DNA from: Nemertoderma westbladi | Lineage: Eukaryota; Animalia; Xenacoelomorpha | Assembly (NCBI GenBank): GCA_032718475.1 | Contig: JAUCBJ010006818.1 | Location: forward strand, 1-64,000 | DNA length: 64,000 nt | Direction of reading: 5' to 3' | In this document: positions 35,101 to 50,100 of the stretch, one piece after another | Position numbering within the stretch: the first letter of the stretch is position 1 | Layout of the letters: each line of letters begins with the position of its first letter | Translations under genes and position numbers: made by a program | The notes under the pieces: generated by a model | The model's input: the letters and a program-made list of their open reading frames with translations, nothing else | Database searches by the model: none | What the model was told of the DNA's origin: nothing

Positions 35101-38100
35101 AATTCCTTGGAGTTAGTCCAGGTCCAGTAACTACTAACCGAGTTGAATTCCTTGGAGTTAGTCCAGGTCCAGTAACTACTAACCGAGTTGAATTCCTTGA
35201 TGGAGTTAGTCCAGGTCCAGTAACTACTAACTGAGTTGAATTCCTTGGAGTTAGTCCAGGTCCTGTAACTACTAACCGAGTTGAATTCCTTGATGGAGTT
35301 AGTCCAGGTCCAGTAACTACTAACTGAGTTGAATTCCTTGGAGTTAGTCCAGGTCCAGTAACTACTAACCGTGTTGAATTCCTTGATGGAGTTAGTCCAG
35401 GTCCAGTAACTACTAACCGAGTTGAATTCCTTGGAGTTAGTCCAGGTCCAGTAACTACTAACCGAGTTGAATTCTTTGATGGAGTTAGTCCAGGTCCAGT
35501 AACTACTAACCGAGTTGAATTCCTTGGAGTTAGTCCAGGTCCAGTAACTACTAACCGAGTTGAATTCTTTGATGGAGTTAGTCCAGGTCCAGTAACTACT
35601 AACCGTGTTGAATTCCTTGATGGAGTTAGTCCAGGTCCAGTAACTACTAACCGAGTTGAATTCCTTGGAGTTAGTCCAGGTCCAGTAACTACTAACCGAG
35701 TTGAATTCCTTGATGGAGTTAGTCCAGGTCCAGTAACTACTAACCGAGTTGAATTCCTTGGAGTTAGTCCAGGTCCAGTAACTACTAACCGAGTTGAATT
35801 CTTTGATGGAGTTAGTCCAGGTCCAGTAACTACTAACCGTGTTGAATTCCTTGATGGAGTTAGTCCAGGTCCAGTAACTACTAACCGTGTTGAATTCCTT
35901 GGAGTTAGTCCAGGTCCAGTAACTACTAACCGTGTTGAATTCCTTGATGGAGTTAGTCCAGGTCCAGTAACTACTAACCGTGTTGAATTCCTTGATGGAG
36001 TTAGTCCAGGTCCAGTAACTACTAACCGTGTTGAATTCCTTGGAGTTAGTCCAGGTCCAGTAACTACTAACCGTGTTGAATTCCTTGATGGAGTTAGTCC
36101 AGGTCCAGTAACTACTAACCGAGTTGAATTCCTTGGAGTTAGTCCAGGTCCAGTAACTACTAACCGAGTTGAATTCCTTGATGGAGTTAGTCCAGGTCCA
36201 GTAACTACTAACCGAGTTGAATTCCTTGATGGAGTTAGTCCAGGTCCAGTAACTACTAACCGAGTTGAATTCCTTGATGGAGTTAGTCCAGGTCCAGTAA
36301 CTACTAACCGAGTTGAATTCCTTGATGGAGTTAGTCCAGGTCCAGTAACTACTAACCGAGTTGAATTCCTTGGAGTTAGTCCAGGTCCAGTAACTACTAA
36401 CCGAGTTGAATTCCTTGATGGAGTTAGTCCAGGTCCAGTAACTACTAACCGAGTTGAATTCCTTGGAGTTAGTCCAGGTCCAGTAACTACTAACCGTGTT
36501 GAATTCCTTGATGGAGTTAGTCCAGGTTCAGTAACTACTAACCGTGTTGAATTCCTTGATGGAGTTAGTCCAGGTCCAGCAACTACTAACCGAGTTGAAT
36601 TCCTTGGAGTTAGTCCAGGTCCAGTAACTACTAACCGTGTTGAATTCCTTGATGGAGTTAGTCCAGGTCCAGTAACTACTAACCGAGTTGAATTCCTTGA
36701 TGGAGTTAGTCCAGGTCCAGCAACTACTAACCGAGTTGAATTCCTTGGAGTTAGTCCAGGTCCAGTAACTACTAACCGAGTTGAATTCCTTGATGGAGTT
36801 AGTCCAGGTCCAGCAACTACTAACCGAGTTGAATTCCTTGGAGTTAGTCCAGGTCCAGTAACTACTAACCGAGTTGAATTCCTTGGAGTTAGTCCAGGTC
36901 CAGTAACTACTAACCGAGTTGAATTCCTTGGAGTTAGTCCAGGTCCAGTAACTACTAACCGAGTTGAATTCCTTGGAGTTAGTCCAGGTCCAGTAACTAC
37001 TAACCGAGTTGAATTCCTTGATGGAGTTAGTCCAGGTCCAGTAACTACTAACCGTGTTGAATACCTTGGTGGAGTTCGTCCAGGTCCAGTAACTACTAAC
37101 CGAGTTGAATTCCTTGGAGTTAGTCCAGGTCCAGTAACTACTAACCGTGTCGAATTCCTTGGAGTTAGTCCAGGTCCAGTAACTACTAACCGAGTTGAAT
37201 TCCTTGGAGTTAGTCCAGGTCCAGTAACTACTAACCGAGTTGAATACCTTGGAGTTAGTCCAGGTCCAGTAACTACTAACCGAGTTGAATTCCTTGGAGT
37301 TAGTCCAGGTCCAGTAACTACTAACCGAGTTGAATTCCTTGGAGTTAGTCCAGGTCCAGTAACTACTAACCGAGTTGAATTCCTTGGAGTTAGTCCAGGT
37401 CCAGTAACTACTAACCGTGTTGAATACCTTGGTGGAGTTAGTCCAGGTCCAGTAACTACTAACCGAGTTGAATTCCTTGGAGTTAGTCCAGGTCCAGTAA
37501 CTACTAACCGTGTTGAATACCTTGGTGGAGTTAGTCCAGGTCCAGTAACTACTAACCGAGTTGAATTCCTTGGAGTTAGTCCAGGTCCAGTAACTACTAA
37601 CCGAGTTGAATTCCTTGGAGTTAGTCCAGGTCCAGTAACTACTAACCGAGTTGAATTCCTTGGAGTTAGTCCAGGTCCAGTAACTACTAACCGTGTTGAA
37701 TACCTTGGTGGAGTTAGTCCAGGTCCAGTAACTACTAACCGAGTTGAATTCCTTGGAGTTAGTCCAGGTCCAGTAACTACTAACCGTGTTGAATACCTTG
37801 GTGGAGTTCGTCCAGGTCCAGTAACTACTAACCGAGTTGAATTCCTTGGAGTTAGTCCAGGTCCAGTAACTGCTAACCGTGTTGAATTACTTGACGGAGT
37901 TAGTCCAGGTCCAGTAACTACTAACCGAGTTGAATTCCTTGGAGTTAGTCCAGGTCCAGTAACTACTAACCGTGTTGAATACCTTGGTGGAGTTCGTCCA
38001 GGTCCAGTAACTACTAACCGAGTTGAATTCCTTGGAGTTAGTCCAGGTCCAGTAACTACTAACCGAGTTGAATTACTTGGAGATAGTCCAGGTCCAGTAA

Positions 38101-41100
38101 CTACTAACCGAGTTGAATTCCTTGATGGAGTTAGTCCAGGTCCAGTAACTACTAACCGTATTAAATTCATTGATGGCGTTAGTCCAGGTTTAGTAACTAC
38201 TGACGTGTTGAATTCCTTGGAGTTAGTCCAGGTCCAGTAACTACTAACCGAGTTGAATTCCTTGGAGTTAGTCCAGGTCCAGTAACTACTAACCGTGTTG
38301 AATACCTTGGTGGAGTTCGTCCAGGTCCAGTAACTACTAACCGAGTGGAATTCCTTGGAGTTAGTCCAGGTCCAGTAACTACTAACCGAGTTGAATTCCT
38401 TGATGGAGTTAGTCCAGGTCCAGTAACTACTAACCGAGTTGAATTCCTTGATGGAGTTAGTCCAGGTCCAGTAACTACTAACCGAGTTGAATTCCTTGGA
38501 GTTAGTCCAGGTCCAGTAACTACTAACCGAGTTGAATTCCTTGGAGTTAGTCCAGGTCCAGTAACTACTAACCGTGTTGAATTCCTTGATGGAGTTAGTC
38601 CAGGTCCAGTAACTACCAACCGTGTTGAATTCCTTGGAGTTAGTCCAGGTCCAGTAACTACTAACCGAGTTGAATTCCTTGATGGAGTTAGTCCAGGTCC
38701 AGTAACTACTAACCGAGTTGAATTCCTTGATGGAGTTAGTCCAGGTCCAGTAACTACTAACCGAGTTGAATTCCTTGGAGTTAGTCCAGGTCCAGTAACT
38801 ACTAACCGAGTTGAATTCCTTGGAGTTAGTCCAGGTCCAGTAACTACTAACCGAGTTGAATTCCTTGGAGTTAGTCCAGGTCCAGTAACTACTAACCGAG
38901 TTGAATTCCTTGATGGAGTTAGTCCAGGTCCAGTAACTACTAACCGAGTTGAATTCCTTGATGGAGTTAGTCCAGGTCCAGTAACTACTAACCGTGTTGA
39001 ATTCCTTGATGGAGTTAGTCCAGGTCCAGTAACTACTAACCGAGTTGAATTCCTTGGAGTTAGTCCAGGTCCAGTAACTACTAACCGTGTTGAATACCTT
39101 GGTGGAGTTCGTCCAGGTCCAGTAACTACTAACCGAGTTGAATTCCTTGGAGTTAGTCCAGGTCCAGTAACTACTAACCGAGTTGAATTCCTTGGAGTTA
39201 GTCCAGGTCCAGTAACTACTAACCGAGTTGAATTCCTTGGAGTTAGTCCAGGTCCAGTAACTACTAACCGAGTTGAATTCCTTGGAGTTAGTCCAGGTCC
39301 AGTAACTACTAACCGTGTTGAATTCCTTGATGGAGTTAGTCCAGGTCCAGTAACTACTAACCGAGTTGAATTCCTTGATGGAGTTAGTCCAGGTCCAGTA
39401 ACTACTAACCGTGTTGAATTCCTTGATGGAGTTAGTCCAGGTCCAGTAACTACTAACCGAGTTGAATTCCTTGATGGAGTTAGTCCAGGTCCAGTAACTA
39501 CTAACCGAGTTGAATTCCTTGGAGTTAGTCCAGGTCCAGTAACTACTAACCGTGTTGAATTCCTTGATGGAGTTAGTCCAGGTCCAGTAACTACCAACCG
39601 TGTTGAATTCCTTGGAGTTAGTCCAGGTCCAGTAACTACTAACCGTGTTGAATTCCTTGATGGAGTTAGTCCAGGTCCAGTAACTACTAACCGAGTTGAA
39701 TTCCTTGATGGAGTTAGTCCAGGTCCAGTAACTACTAACCGAGTTGAATTCCTTGATGGAGTTAGTCCAGGTCCAGTAACTACTAACCGAGTTGAATTCC
39801 TTGGAGTTAGTCCAGGTCCAGTAACTACTAACCGAGTTGCATTCCCGATGGAGTTAGTCCAGGTCCAGTAACTACTAACCGAGTTGAATTCCTTGATGGA
39901 GTTAGTCCAGGTCCAGTAACTACTAACCGAGTTGAATTCCTTGATGGAGTTAGTCCAGGTCCAGTAACTACTAACCGAGTGGAATTCCTTGGAGTTAGTC
40001 CAGGTCCAGTAACTACTAACCGTGTTGAATTCCTTGATGGAGTTAGTCCAGGTCCAGTAACTACTAACCGAGTGGAATTCCTTGATGGAGTTAGTCCAGG
40101 TCCAGTAACTACTAACCGAGTAGAATTCCTTGGAGTTAGTCCAGGTCCAGTAACTACTAACCGTGTTGAATTCCTTGATGGAGTTAGTCCAGGTCCAGTA
40201 ACTACTAACCGTGTTGAATTCCTTGATGGAGTTAGTCCAGGTCCAGTAACTACTAACCGAGTTGAATTCCTTGGAGTTAGTCCAGGTCCAGTAACTACTA
40301 ACCGTGTTGAATTCCTTGGAGTTAGTCCAGGTCCAGTAACTACTAACCGAGTTGAATTCCTTGGAGTTAGTCCAGGTCCAGTAACTACTAACCGAGTTGA
40401 ATTCCTTGGAGTTAGTCCAGGTCCAGTAACTACTAACCGAGTTGAATTCCTTGATGGAGTTAGTCCAGGTCCAGTAACTACTAACCGAGTTGAATTCCTT
40501 GATGGAGTTAGTCCAGGTCCAGTAACTACTAACCGTGTTGAATTCCTTGATGGAGTTAGTCCAGGTCCAGTAACTACTAACCGTGTTGAATTCCTTGATG
40601 GAGTTAGTCCAGGTCCAGTAACTACTAACCGAGTTGAATTCCTTGGAGTTAGTCCAGGTCCAGTAACTACTAACCGAGTTGAATTCCTTGGAGTTAGTCC
40701 AGGTCCAGTAACTACTAACCGTGTTGAATACCTTGGTGGAGTTCGTCCACGTCCAGTAACTACTAACCGTGTTGAATTCTTTGGAGTTAGTCCAGGTCCA
40801 GTAACTACTAACCGAGTTGAATTCCTTGATGGAGTTAGTCCAGGTCCAGTAACTACTAACCGAGTTGAATTCCTTGATGGAGTTAGTCCAGGTCCAGTAA
40901 CTACTAACCGAGTAGAATTCCTTGGAGTTAGTCCAGGTCCAGTAACTACTAACCGTGTTGAATTCCTTGATGGAGTTAGTCCAGGTCCAGTAACTACTAA
41001 CCGTGTTGAATTCCTTGATGGAGTTAGTCCAGGTCCAGTAACTACTAACCGAGTTGAATTCCTTGGAGTTAGTCCAGGTCCAGTAACTACTAACCGTGTT

Positions 41101-44100
41101 GAATTCCTTGATGGAGTTAGTCCAGGTCCAGTAACTACTAACCGAGTTGAATTCCTTGGAGTTAGTCCAGGTCCAGTAACTACTAACCGTGTTGAATTCC
41201 TTGATGGAGTTAGTCCAGGTCCAGTAACTACTAACCGAGTTGAATTCCTTGGAGTTAGTCCAGGTCCAGTAACTACTAACCGTGTTGAATTCCTTGATGG
41301 AGTTAGTCCAGGTCCAGTAACTACTAACCGAGTTGAATTCCTTGGAGTTAGTCCAGGTCCAGTAACTACTAACCGAGTTGAATTCCTTGGAGTTAGTCCA
41401 GGTCCAGTAACTACTAACCGAGTTGAATTCCTTGATGGAGTTAGTCCAGGTCCAGTAACTACTAACCGAGTTGAATTCCTTGATGGAGTTAGTCCAGGTC
41501 CAGTAACTACTAACCGAGTTGAATTCCTTGGAGTTAGTCCAGGTCCAGTAACTACTAACCGAGTTGAATTCCTTGGAGTTAGTCCAGGTCCAGTAACTGC
41601 TAACCGTGTTGAATTCCTTGATGGAGTTAGTCCAGGTCCAGTAACTACTAACCGAGTTGAATTCCTTGGTGGAGTTCGTCCACGTCCAGTAACTACTAAC
41701 CGTGTTGAATTCCTTGATGGAGTTAGTCCAGGTCCAGTAACTACTAACCGAGTTGAATTCCTTGGAGTTAGTCCAGGTCCAGTAACTACTAACCGAGTTG
41801 AATTCCTTGATGGAGTTAGTCCAGGTTCAGTAACTACTAACCGAGTTGAATTACTTGGAGTTAGTCCAGGTCCAGTAACTACTAACCGTGTTGAATACCT
41901 TGGTGGAGTTCGTCCACGTCCAGTAACTACTAACCGTGTTGAATTCTTTGGAGTTAGTCCAGGTCCAGTAACTACTAACCGAGTTGAATTCCTTGGAGTT
42001 AGTCCAGGTCCAGTAACTACTAACCGAGTTGAATTCCTTGGAGTTAGTCCAGGTCCAGTAACTACTAACCGAGTTGAATTCCTTGGAGTTAGTCCAGGTC
42101 CAGTAACTACTAACCGAGTTGAATTCCTTGGAGTTAGTCCAGGTCCAGTAACTACTAACCGAGTTGAATTCCTTGGAGTTAGTCCAGGTCCAGTAACTAC
42201 TAACCGAGTTGAATTCCTTGGAGTTAGTCCAGGTCCAGTAACTACTAACCGAGTTGAATTCCTTGGAGTTAGTCCAGGTCCAGTAACTACTAACCGAGTT
42301 GAATTCCTTGGAGTTAGTCCAGGTCCAGTAACTACTAACCGAGTTGAATTCCTTGGAGTTAGTCCAGGTCCAGTAACTACTAACCGAGTTGAATTCCTTG
42401 GAGTTAGTCCAGGTCCAGTAACTACTAACCGAGTTGAATTACTTGGAGTTAGTCCAGGTCCAGTAACTACTAACCGAGTTGAATTACTTGGAGTTAGTCC
42501 AGGTCCAGTAACTACTAACCGAGTTGAATTCCTTGATGGAGTTAGTCCAGGTCCAGTAACTACTAACCGTGTTGAATACCTTGGTGGAGTTCGTCCACGT
42601 CCAGTAACTACTAACCGAGTTGAATTCCTTGGAGTTAGTCCAGGTCCAGTAACTACTAACCGAGTTGAATTCCTTGGAGTTAGTCCAGGTCCAGTAACTA
42701 CTAACCGAGTTGAATTCCTTGGAGTTAGTCCAGGTCTAGTAACTACTAACCGTGTTGAATACCTTGATGGAGTTAGTCCAGGTCCAGTAACTACTAACCG
42801 AGTTGAATTCCTTGATGGAGTTAGTCCAGGTCCAGTAACTACTAACCGTTTTGAATTCCTTGATGGAGTTAGTCCAGGTCCAGTAACTACTAACCGTGTT
42901 GAATTCCTTGATGGAGTTAGTCCAGGTCCAGTAACTACTAACCGTGTTGAATTCCTTGATGGAGTTAGTCCAGGTCCAGTAACTACTAACCGTGTTGAAT
43001 TCCTTGATGGAGTTAGTCCAGGTCCAGTAACTACTAACCGAGTTGAATTCCTTGATGGAGTTAGTCCAGGTCCAGTAACTACTAACCGAGTTGAATTCCT
43101 TGATGGAGTTAGTCCAGGTCCAGTAACTACTAACCGTGTTGAATTCCTTGATGGAGTTAGTCCAGGTCCAGTAACTACTAACCGAGTTGAATTCCTTGAT
43201 GGAGTTAGTCCAGGTCCAGTAACTACTAACCGAGTTGAATTCCTTGGAGTTAGTCCAGGTCCAGTAACTACTAACCGAGTTGAATTCCTTGGAGTTAGTC
43301 CAGGTCCAGTAACTACTAACCGAGTTGAATTCCTTGGAGTTAGTCCAGGTCCAGTAACTACTAACCGAGTTGAATTCCTCGGAGTTAGTCCAGGTCCAGT
43401 AACTACTAACCGAGTTGAATTCCTTGGTGGAGTTCGTCCACGTCCAGTAACTACTAACCGTGTTGAATTCCTTGATGGAGTTAGTCCAGGTCCAGTAACT
43501 ACTAACCGAGTTGAATTCCTTGGAGTTAGTCCAGGTCCAGTAACTACTAATCGAGTTGAATTCCTTGATGGAGTTAGTCCAGGTCCAGTAACTACTAACC
43601 GTGTTGAATTCCTTGATGGAGTTAGTCCAGGTCCAGTAACTACTAACCGAGTTGAATTCCTTGATGGAGTTAGTCCAGGTCCAGTAACTACTAACCGAGT
43701 TGAATTCCTTGGAGTTAGTCCAGGTCCAGTAACTACTAACCGAGTTGAATTCCTTGGAGTTAGTCCAGGTCCAGTAACTACTAACCGAGTTGAATTCCTT
43801 GATGGAGTTAGTCCAGGTCCAGTAACTACTAACCGTGTTGAATTCCTTGATGGAGTTAGTCCAGGTCCAGTAACTACTAACCGAGTTGAATTCCTTGATG
43901 GAGTTAGTCCAGGTCCAGTAACTACTAACCGAGTTGAATTCCTTGGAGTTAGTCCAGGTCCAGTAACTACTAACCGAGTTGAATTCCTTGGAGTTAGTCC
44001 AGGTCCAGTAACTACTAACCGAGTTGAATTCCTTGGTGGAGTTCGTCCACGTCCAGTAACTACTAACCGTGTTGAATTCCTTGATGGAGTTAGTCCAGGT

Positions 44101-47100
44101 CCAGTAACTACTAACCGAGTTGAATTCCTTGGAGTTAGTCCAGGTCCAGTAACTACTAATCGAGTTGAATTCCTTGATGGAGTTAGTCCAGGTCCAGTAA
44201 CTACTAACCGTGTTGAATTCCTTGATGGAGTTAGTCCAGGTCCAGTAACTACTAACCGTGTTGAATTCCTTGGAGTTAGTCCAGGTCCAGTAACTACTAA
44301 CCGTGTTGAATACCTTGGTGGAGTTCGTCCACGTCCAGTAACTACTAACCGTGTTGAATTCTTTGGAGTTAGTCCAGGTCCAGTAACTACTAACCGTGTT
44401 GAATTCCTTGATGGAGTTAGTCCAGGTCCAGTAACTACTAACCGAGTTGAATTCCTTGATGGAGTTAGTCCAGGTCCAGTAACTACTAACCGTGTTGAAT
44501 TCCTTGATGGAGTTAGTCCAGGTCCAGTAACTACTAACCGTGTTGAATACCTTGATGGAGTTAGTCCAGGTCCAGTAACTACTAACCGTGTTGAATTCTT
44601 TGGAGTTAGTCCAGGTCCAGTAACTACTAACCGTGTTGAATTCCTTGATGGAGTTAGTCCAGGTCCAGTAACTACTAACCGTGTTGAATTCCTTGATGGA
44701 GTTAGTCCAGGTCCAGTAACTACTAACCGTGTTGAATACCTTGGTGGAGTTCGTCCACGTCCAGTAACTACTAACCGTGTTGAATTCTTTGGAGTTAGTC
44801 CAGGTCCAGTAACTACTAACCGTGTTGAATTACTTGATGGAGTTAGTCCAGGTCCAGTAACTACTAATCGAGTTGAATTCCTTGATGGAGTTAGTCCAGG
44901 TCCAGTAACTACTAACCGAGTTGAATTCCTTGGAGTTAGTCCAGGTCCAGTAACTACTAACCGAGTTGAATTCCTTGGAGTTAGTCCAGGTTCAGTAACT
45001 ACTAACCGTGTTGAATTCCTTGATGGAGTTAGTCCAGGTCCAGTAACTACTAACCGAGTTGAATTCCTTGGAGTTAGTCCAGGTCCAGTAACTACTAACC
45101 GAGTTGAATTCCTTGGAGTTAGTCCAGGTCCAGTAACTACTAACCGAGTTGAATTCCTTGGAGTTAGTCCAGGTTCAGTAACTACTAACCGTGTTGAATT
45201 ACTTGATGGAGTTAGTCCAGGTCCAGTAACTACTAATCGAGTTGAATTCCTTGATGGAGTTAGTCCAGGTCCAGTAACTACTAACCGAGTTGAATTCCTT
45301 GGAGTTAGTCCAGGTCCAGTAACTACTAACCGAGTTGAATTCCTTGGAGTTAGTCCAGGTTCAGTAACTACTAACCGTGTTGAATTCCTTGATGGAGTTA
45401 GTCCAGGTCCAGTAACTACTAACCGTGTTGAATACCTTGGTGGAGTTCGTCCACGTCCAGTAACTACTAACCGTGTTGAATTCCTTGATGGAGTTAGTCC
45501 AGGTCCAGCAACTACTAACCGTGTTGAATTCCTTGGAGTTAGTCCAGGTTCAGTAACTACTAACCGTGTTGAATTCCTTGATGGAGTTAGTCCAGGTCCA
45601 GTAACTACTAACCGTGTTGAATTCCTTGGAGTTAGTCCAGGTTCAGTAACTACTAACCGTGTTGAATTCCTTGATGGAGTTAGTCCAGGTCCAGTAACTA
45701 TTAACCGAGTTGAATTCCTTGGAGTTAGTCCAGGTCCAGTAACTACTAACCGAGTTGAATTCCTTGGAGTTAGTCCAGGTCCAGTAACTACTAACCGAGT
45801 TGAATTCCTTGGAGTTAGTCCAGGTCCAGTAACTACTAACCGAGTTGAATTCCTTGGAGTTAGTCCAGGTCCAGTAACTACTAACCGAGTTGAATTCCTT
45901 GATGGAGTTAGTCCAGGTCCAGTAACTACTAACCGAGTTGAATTCCTTGATGGAGTTAGTCCAGGTCCAGTAACTACTAACCGAGTTGAATTACTTGACG
46001 GAGTTAGTCCAGGTCCAGTAACTACTAACCGTGTTGAATTCCTTGGTGGAGTTCGTCCAGGTCCAGTAACTACTAACCGAGTTGAATTCCTTGGAGTTAG
46101 TCCAGGTCCAGTAACTACTAACCGAGTTGAATTCCTTGATGGAGTTAGTCCAGGTCCAGTAACTACTAACCGAGTTGAATTACTTGACGGAGTTAGTCCA
46201 GGTCCAGTAACTACTAACCGTGTTGAATTCCTTGGTGGAGTTCGTCCAGGTCCAGTAACTACTAACCGAGTTGAATTCCTTGGAGTTAGTCCAGGTCCAG
46301 TAACTACTAACCGTGTTGAATTCCTTGGTGGAGTTCGTCCACGTCCAGTAACTACTAACCGTGTTGAATTCCTTGATGGAGTTAGTCCAGGTCCAGCAAC
46401 TACTAACCGTGTTGAATTCCTTGGAGTTAGTCCAGGTCCAGCAACTACTAACCGTGTTGAATTCCTTGGAGTTAGTCCAGGTCCAGCAACTACTAACCGT
46501 GTTGAATTCCTTGGAGTTAGTCCAGGTCCAGTAACTACTAACCGTGTTGAATTCCTTGATGGAGTTAGTCCAGGTCCAGTAACTACTAACCGAGTTGAAT
46601 TCCTTGGAGTTAGTCCAGGTCCAGTAACTACTAACCGAGTTGAATTCCTTGGAGTTAGTCCAGGTCCAGTAACTACTAACCGAGTTGAATTCCTTGGAGT
46701 TAGTCCAGGTCCAGTAACTACTAACCGAGTTGAATTCCTTGGAGTTAGTCCAGGTCCAGTAACTACTAACCGAGTTGAATTCCTTGGAGTTAGTCCAGGT
46801 CCAGTAAATACTAACCGAGTTGAATTCCTTGATGGAGTTAGTCCAGGTCCAGTAACTACTAACCGAGTTGAATTCCTTGATGGAGTTAGTCCAGGTCCAG
46901 TAACTACTAACCGAGTTGAATTCCTTGATGGAGTTAGTCCAGGTCCAGTAACTACTAACCGAGTTGAATTCCTTGGAGTTAGTCCAGGTCCAGTAAATAC
47001 TAACCGAGTTGAATTCCTTGATGGAGTTAGTCCAGGTCCAGTAACTACTAACCGAGTTGAATTCCTTGATGGAGTTAGTCCAGGTCCAGTAACTACTAAC

Positions 47101-50100
47101 CGAGTTGAATTCCTTGATGGAGTTAGTCCAGGTCCAGTAACTACTAACCGAGTTGAATTCCTTGGAGTTAGTCCAGGTCCAGTAACTACTAACCGAGTTG
47201 AATTCCTTGGAGTTAGTCCAGGTCCAGTAACTACTAACCGAGTTGAATTCCTTGGAGTTAGTCCAGGTCCAGTAAATACTAACCGAGTTGAATTCCTTGA
47301 TGGAGTTAGTCCAGGTCCAGTAACTACTAACCGAGTTGAATTCCTTGATGGAGTTAGTCCAGGTCCAGTAACTACTAACCGTGTTGAATACCTTGGTGGA
47401 GTTCGTCCACGTCCAGTAACTACTAACCGTGTTGAATTCTTTGGAGTTAGTCCAGGTCCAGTAACTACTAACCGAGTTGAATTCCTTGGAGTTAGTCCAG
47501 GTCCAGTAACTACTAACCGTGTTGAATTCCTTGGAGTTAGTCCAGGTCCAGTAACTACTAACCGTGCTGAATACCTTGATGGAGTTAGTCCAGGTCCAGT
47601 AACTACTAACCGAGTTGAATTCCTTGGAGTTAGTCCAGGTCCAGTAACTACTAACCGAGTTGAATTCCTTGGTGGAGTTCGTCCACGTCCAGTAACTACT
47701 AACCGTGTTGAATTCCTTGATGGAGTTAGTCCAGGTCCAGTAACTACTAACCGAGTTGAATTCCTTGATGGAGTTAGTCCAGGTCCAGTAACTACTAACC
47801 GAGTTGAATTCCTTGATGGAGTTAGTCCAGGTCCAGTAACTACTAACCGAGTTGAATTCCTTGATGGAGTTAGTCCAGGTCCAGTAACTACTAACCGAGT
47901 TGAATTCCTTGATGGAGTTAGTCCAGGTCCAGTAACTACTAACCGAGTTGAATTCCTTGATGGAGTTAGTCCAGGTCCAGTAACTACTAACCGAGTTGAA
48001 TTACTTGGAGATAGTCCAGGTCCAGTAACTACTAACCGTGTTGAATTCCTTGATGGAGTTAGTCCAGGTCCAGTAACTACTAACCGAGTTGAATTCCTTG
48101 ATGGAGTTAGTCCAGGTCCAGTAACTACTAACCGAGTTGAATTCCTTGATGGAGTTAGTCCAGGTCCAGTAACTACTAACCGTGTTGAATACCTTGGTGG
48201 AGTTCGTCCACGTCCAGTAACTACTAACCGTGTTGAATTCTTTGGAGTTAGTCCAGGTCCAGTAACTACTAACCGAGTTGAATTCCTTGGAGTTAGTCCA
48301 GGTCCAGTAACTACTAACCGAGTTGAATTCCTTGGAGTTAGTCCAGGTCCAGTAACTACTAACCGTGTTGAATTCCTTGGAGTTAGTCCAGGTCCAGTAA
48401 CTACTAACCGAGTTGAATTCCTTGGTGGAGTTCGTCCACGTCCAGTAACTACTAACCGTGTTGAATTCCTTGATGGAGTTAGTCCAGGTCCAGTAACTAC
48501 TAACCGAGTTGAATTCCTTGGAGTTAGTCCAGGTCCAGTAACTACTAACCGAGTTGAATTCCTTGATGGAGTTAGTCCAGGTTCAGTAACTACTAACCGA
48601 GTTGAATTCCTTGATGGAGTTAGTCCAGGTCCAGTAACTACTAACCGAGTTGAATTCCTTGATGGAGTTAGTCCAGGTCCAGTAACTACTAACAGTGTTG
48701 AATTCCTTGATGGAGTTAGTCCAGGTCCAGTAACTACTAACCGAGTTGAATTCCTTGGAGTTAGTCCAGGTCCAGCAACTACTAACCGTGTTGAATTCCT
48801 TGGAGTTAGTCCAGGTCCAGTAACTACTAACCGTGTTGAATTCCTTGATGGAGTTAGTCCAGGTCCAGTAACTACTAACCGAGTTGAATTCCTTGATGGA
48901 GTTAGTCCAGGTCCAGTAACTACTAACCGAGTTGAATTCCTTGATGGAGTTAGTCCAGGTCCAGTAACTACTAACCGTGTTGAATACCTTGGTGGAGTTC
49001 GTCCAGGTCCAGTAACTACTAACCGAGTTGAATTCCTTGATGGAGTTAGTCCAGGTCCAGTAACTACTAACCGAGTTGAATTACTTGGAGATAGTCCAGG
49101 TCCAGTAACTACTAACCGTGTTGAATACCTTGGTGGAGTTCGTCCACGTCCAGTAACTACTAACCGAGTTGAATTACTTGGAGATAGTCCAGGTCCAGTA
49201 ACTACTAACCGTGTTGAATTCTTTGGAGTTAGTCCAGGTCCAGTAACTACTAACCGAGTTGAATTACTTGGAGATAGTCCAGGTCCAGTAACTACTAACC
49301 GTGTTGAATTCTTTGGAGTTAGTCCAGGTCCAGTAACTACTAACCGAGTTGAATTCCTTGATGGAGTTAGTCCAGGTCCAGTAACTACTAACCGAGTTGA
49401 ATTCTTTGGAGTTAGTCCAGGTCCAGTAACTACTAACCGAGTTGAATTCCTTGACGGAGTTAGTCCAGGTCCAGTAACTACTAACCGAGTTGAATTACTT
49501 GGAGATAGTCCAGGTCCAGTAACTACTAACCGTGTTGAATTCTTTGGAGTTAGTCCAGGTCCAGTAACTACTAACCGAGTTGAATTCCTTGATGGAGTTA
49601 GTCCAGGTCCAGTAACTACTAACCGTGTTGAATTCCTTGATGGAGTTAGTCCAGGTCCAGTAACTACTAACCGAGTTGAATTCCTTGATGGAGTTAGTCC
49701 AGGTCCAGTAACTACTAACCGAGTTGAATTCCTTGATGGAGTTAGTCCAGGTCCAGTAACTACTAACCGAGTTGAATTCCTTGATGGAGTTAGTCCAGGT
49801 CCAGTAACTACTAACCGAGTTGAATTCCTTGGAGTTAGTCCAGGTCCAGTAACTACTAACCGAGTTGAATTCCTTGGAGTTAGTCCAGGTCCAGTAACTA
49901 CTAACCGAGTTGAATTCCTTGATGGAGTTAGTCCAGGTCCAGTAACTACTAACCGAGTTGAATTCCTTGGAGTTAGTCCAGGTCCAGTAACTACTAACCG
50001 AGTGGAATTCCTTGGAGTTAGTCCAGGTCCAGTAACTACTAACCGAGTTGAATTCCTTGATGGAGTTAGTCCAGGTCCAGTAACTACTAACCGTGTTGAA

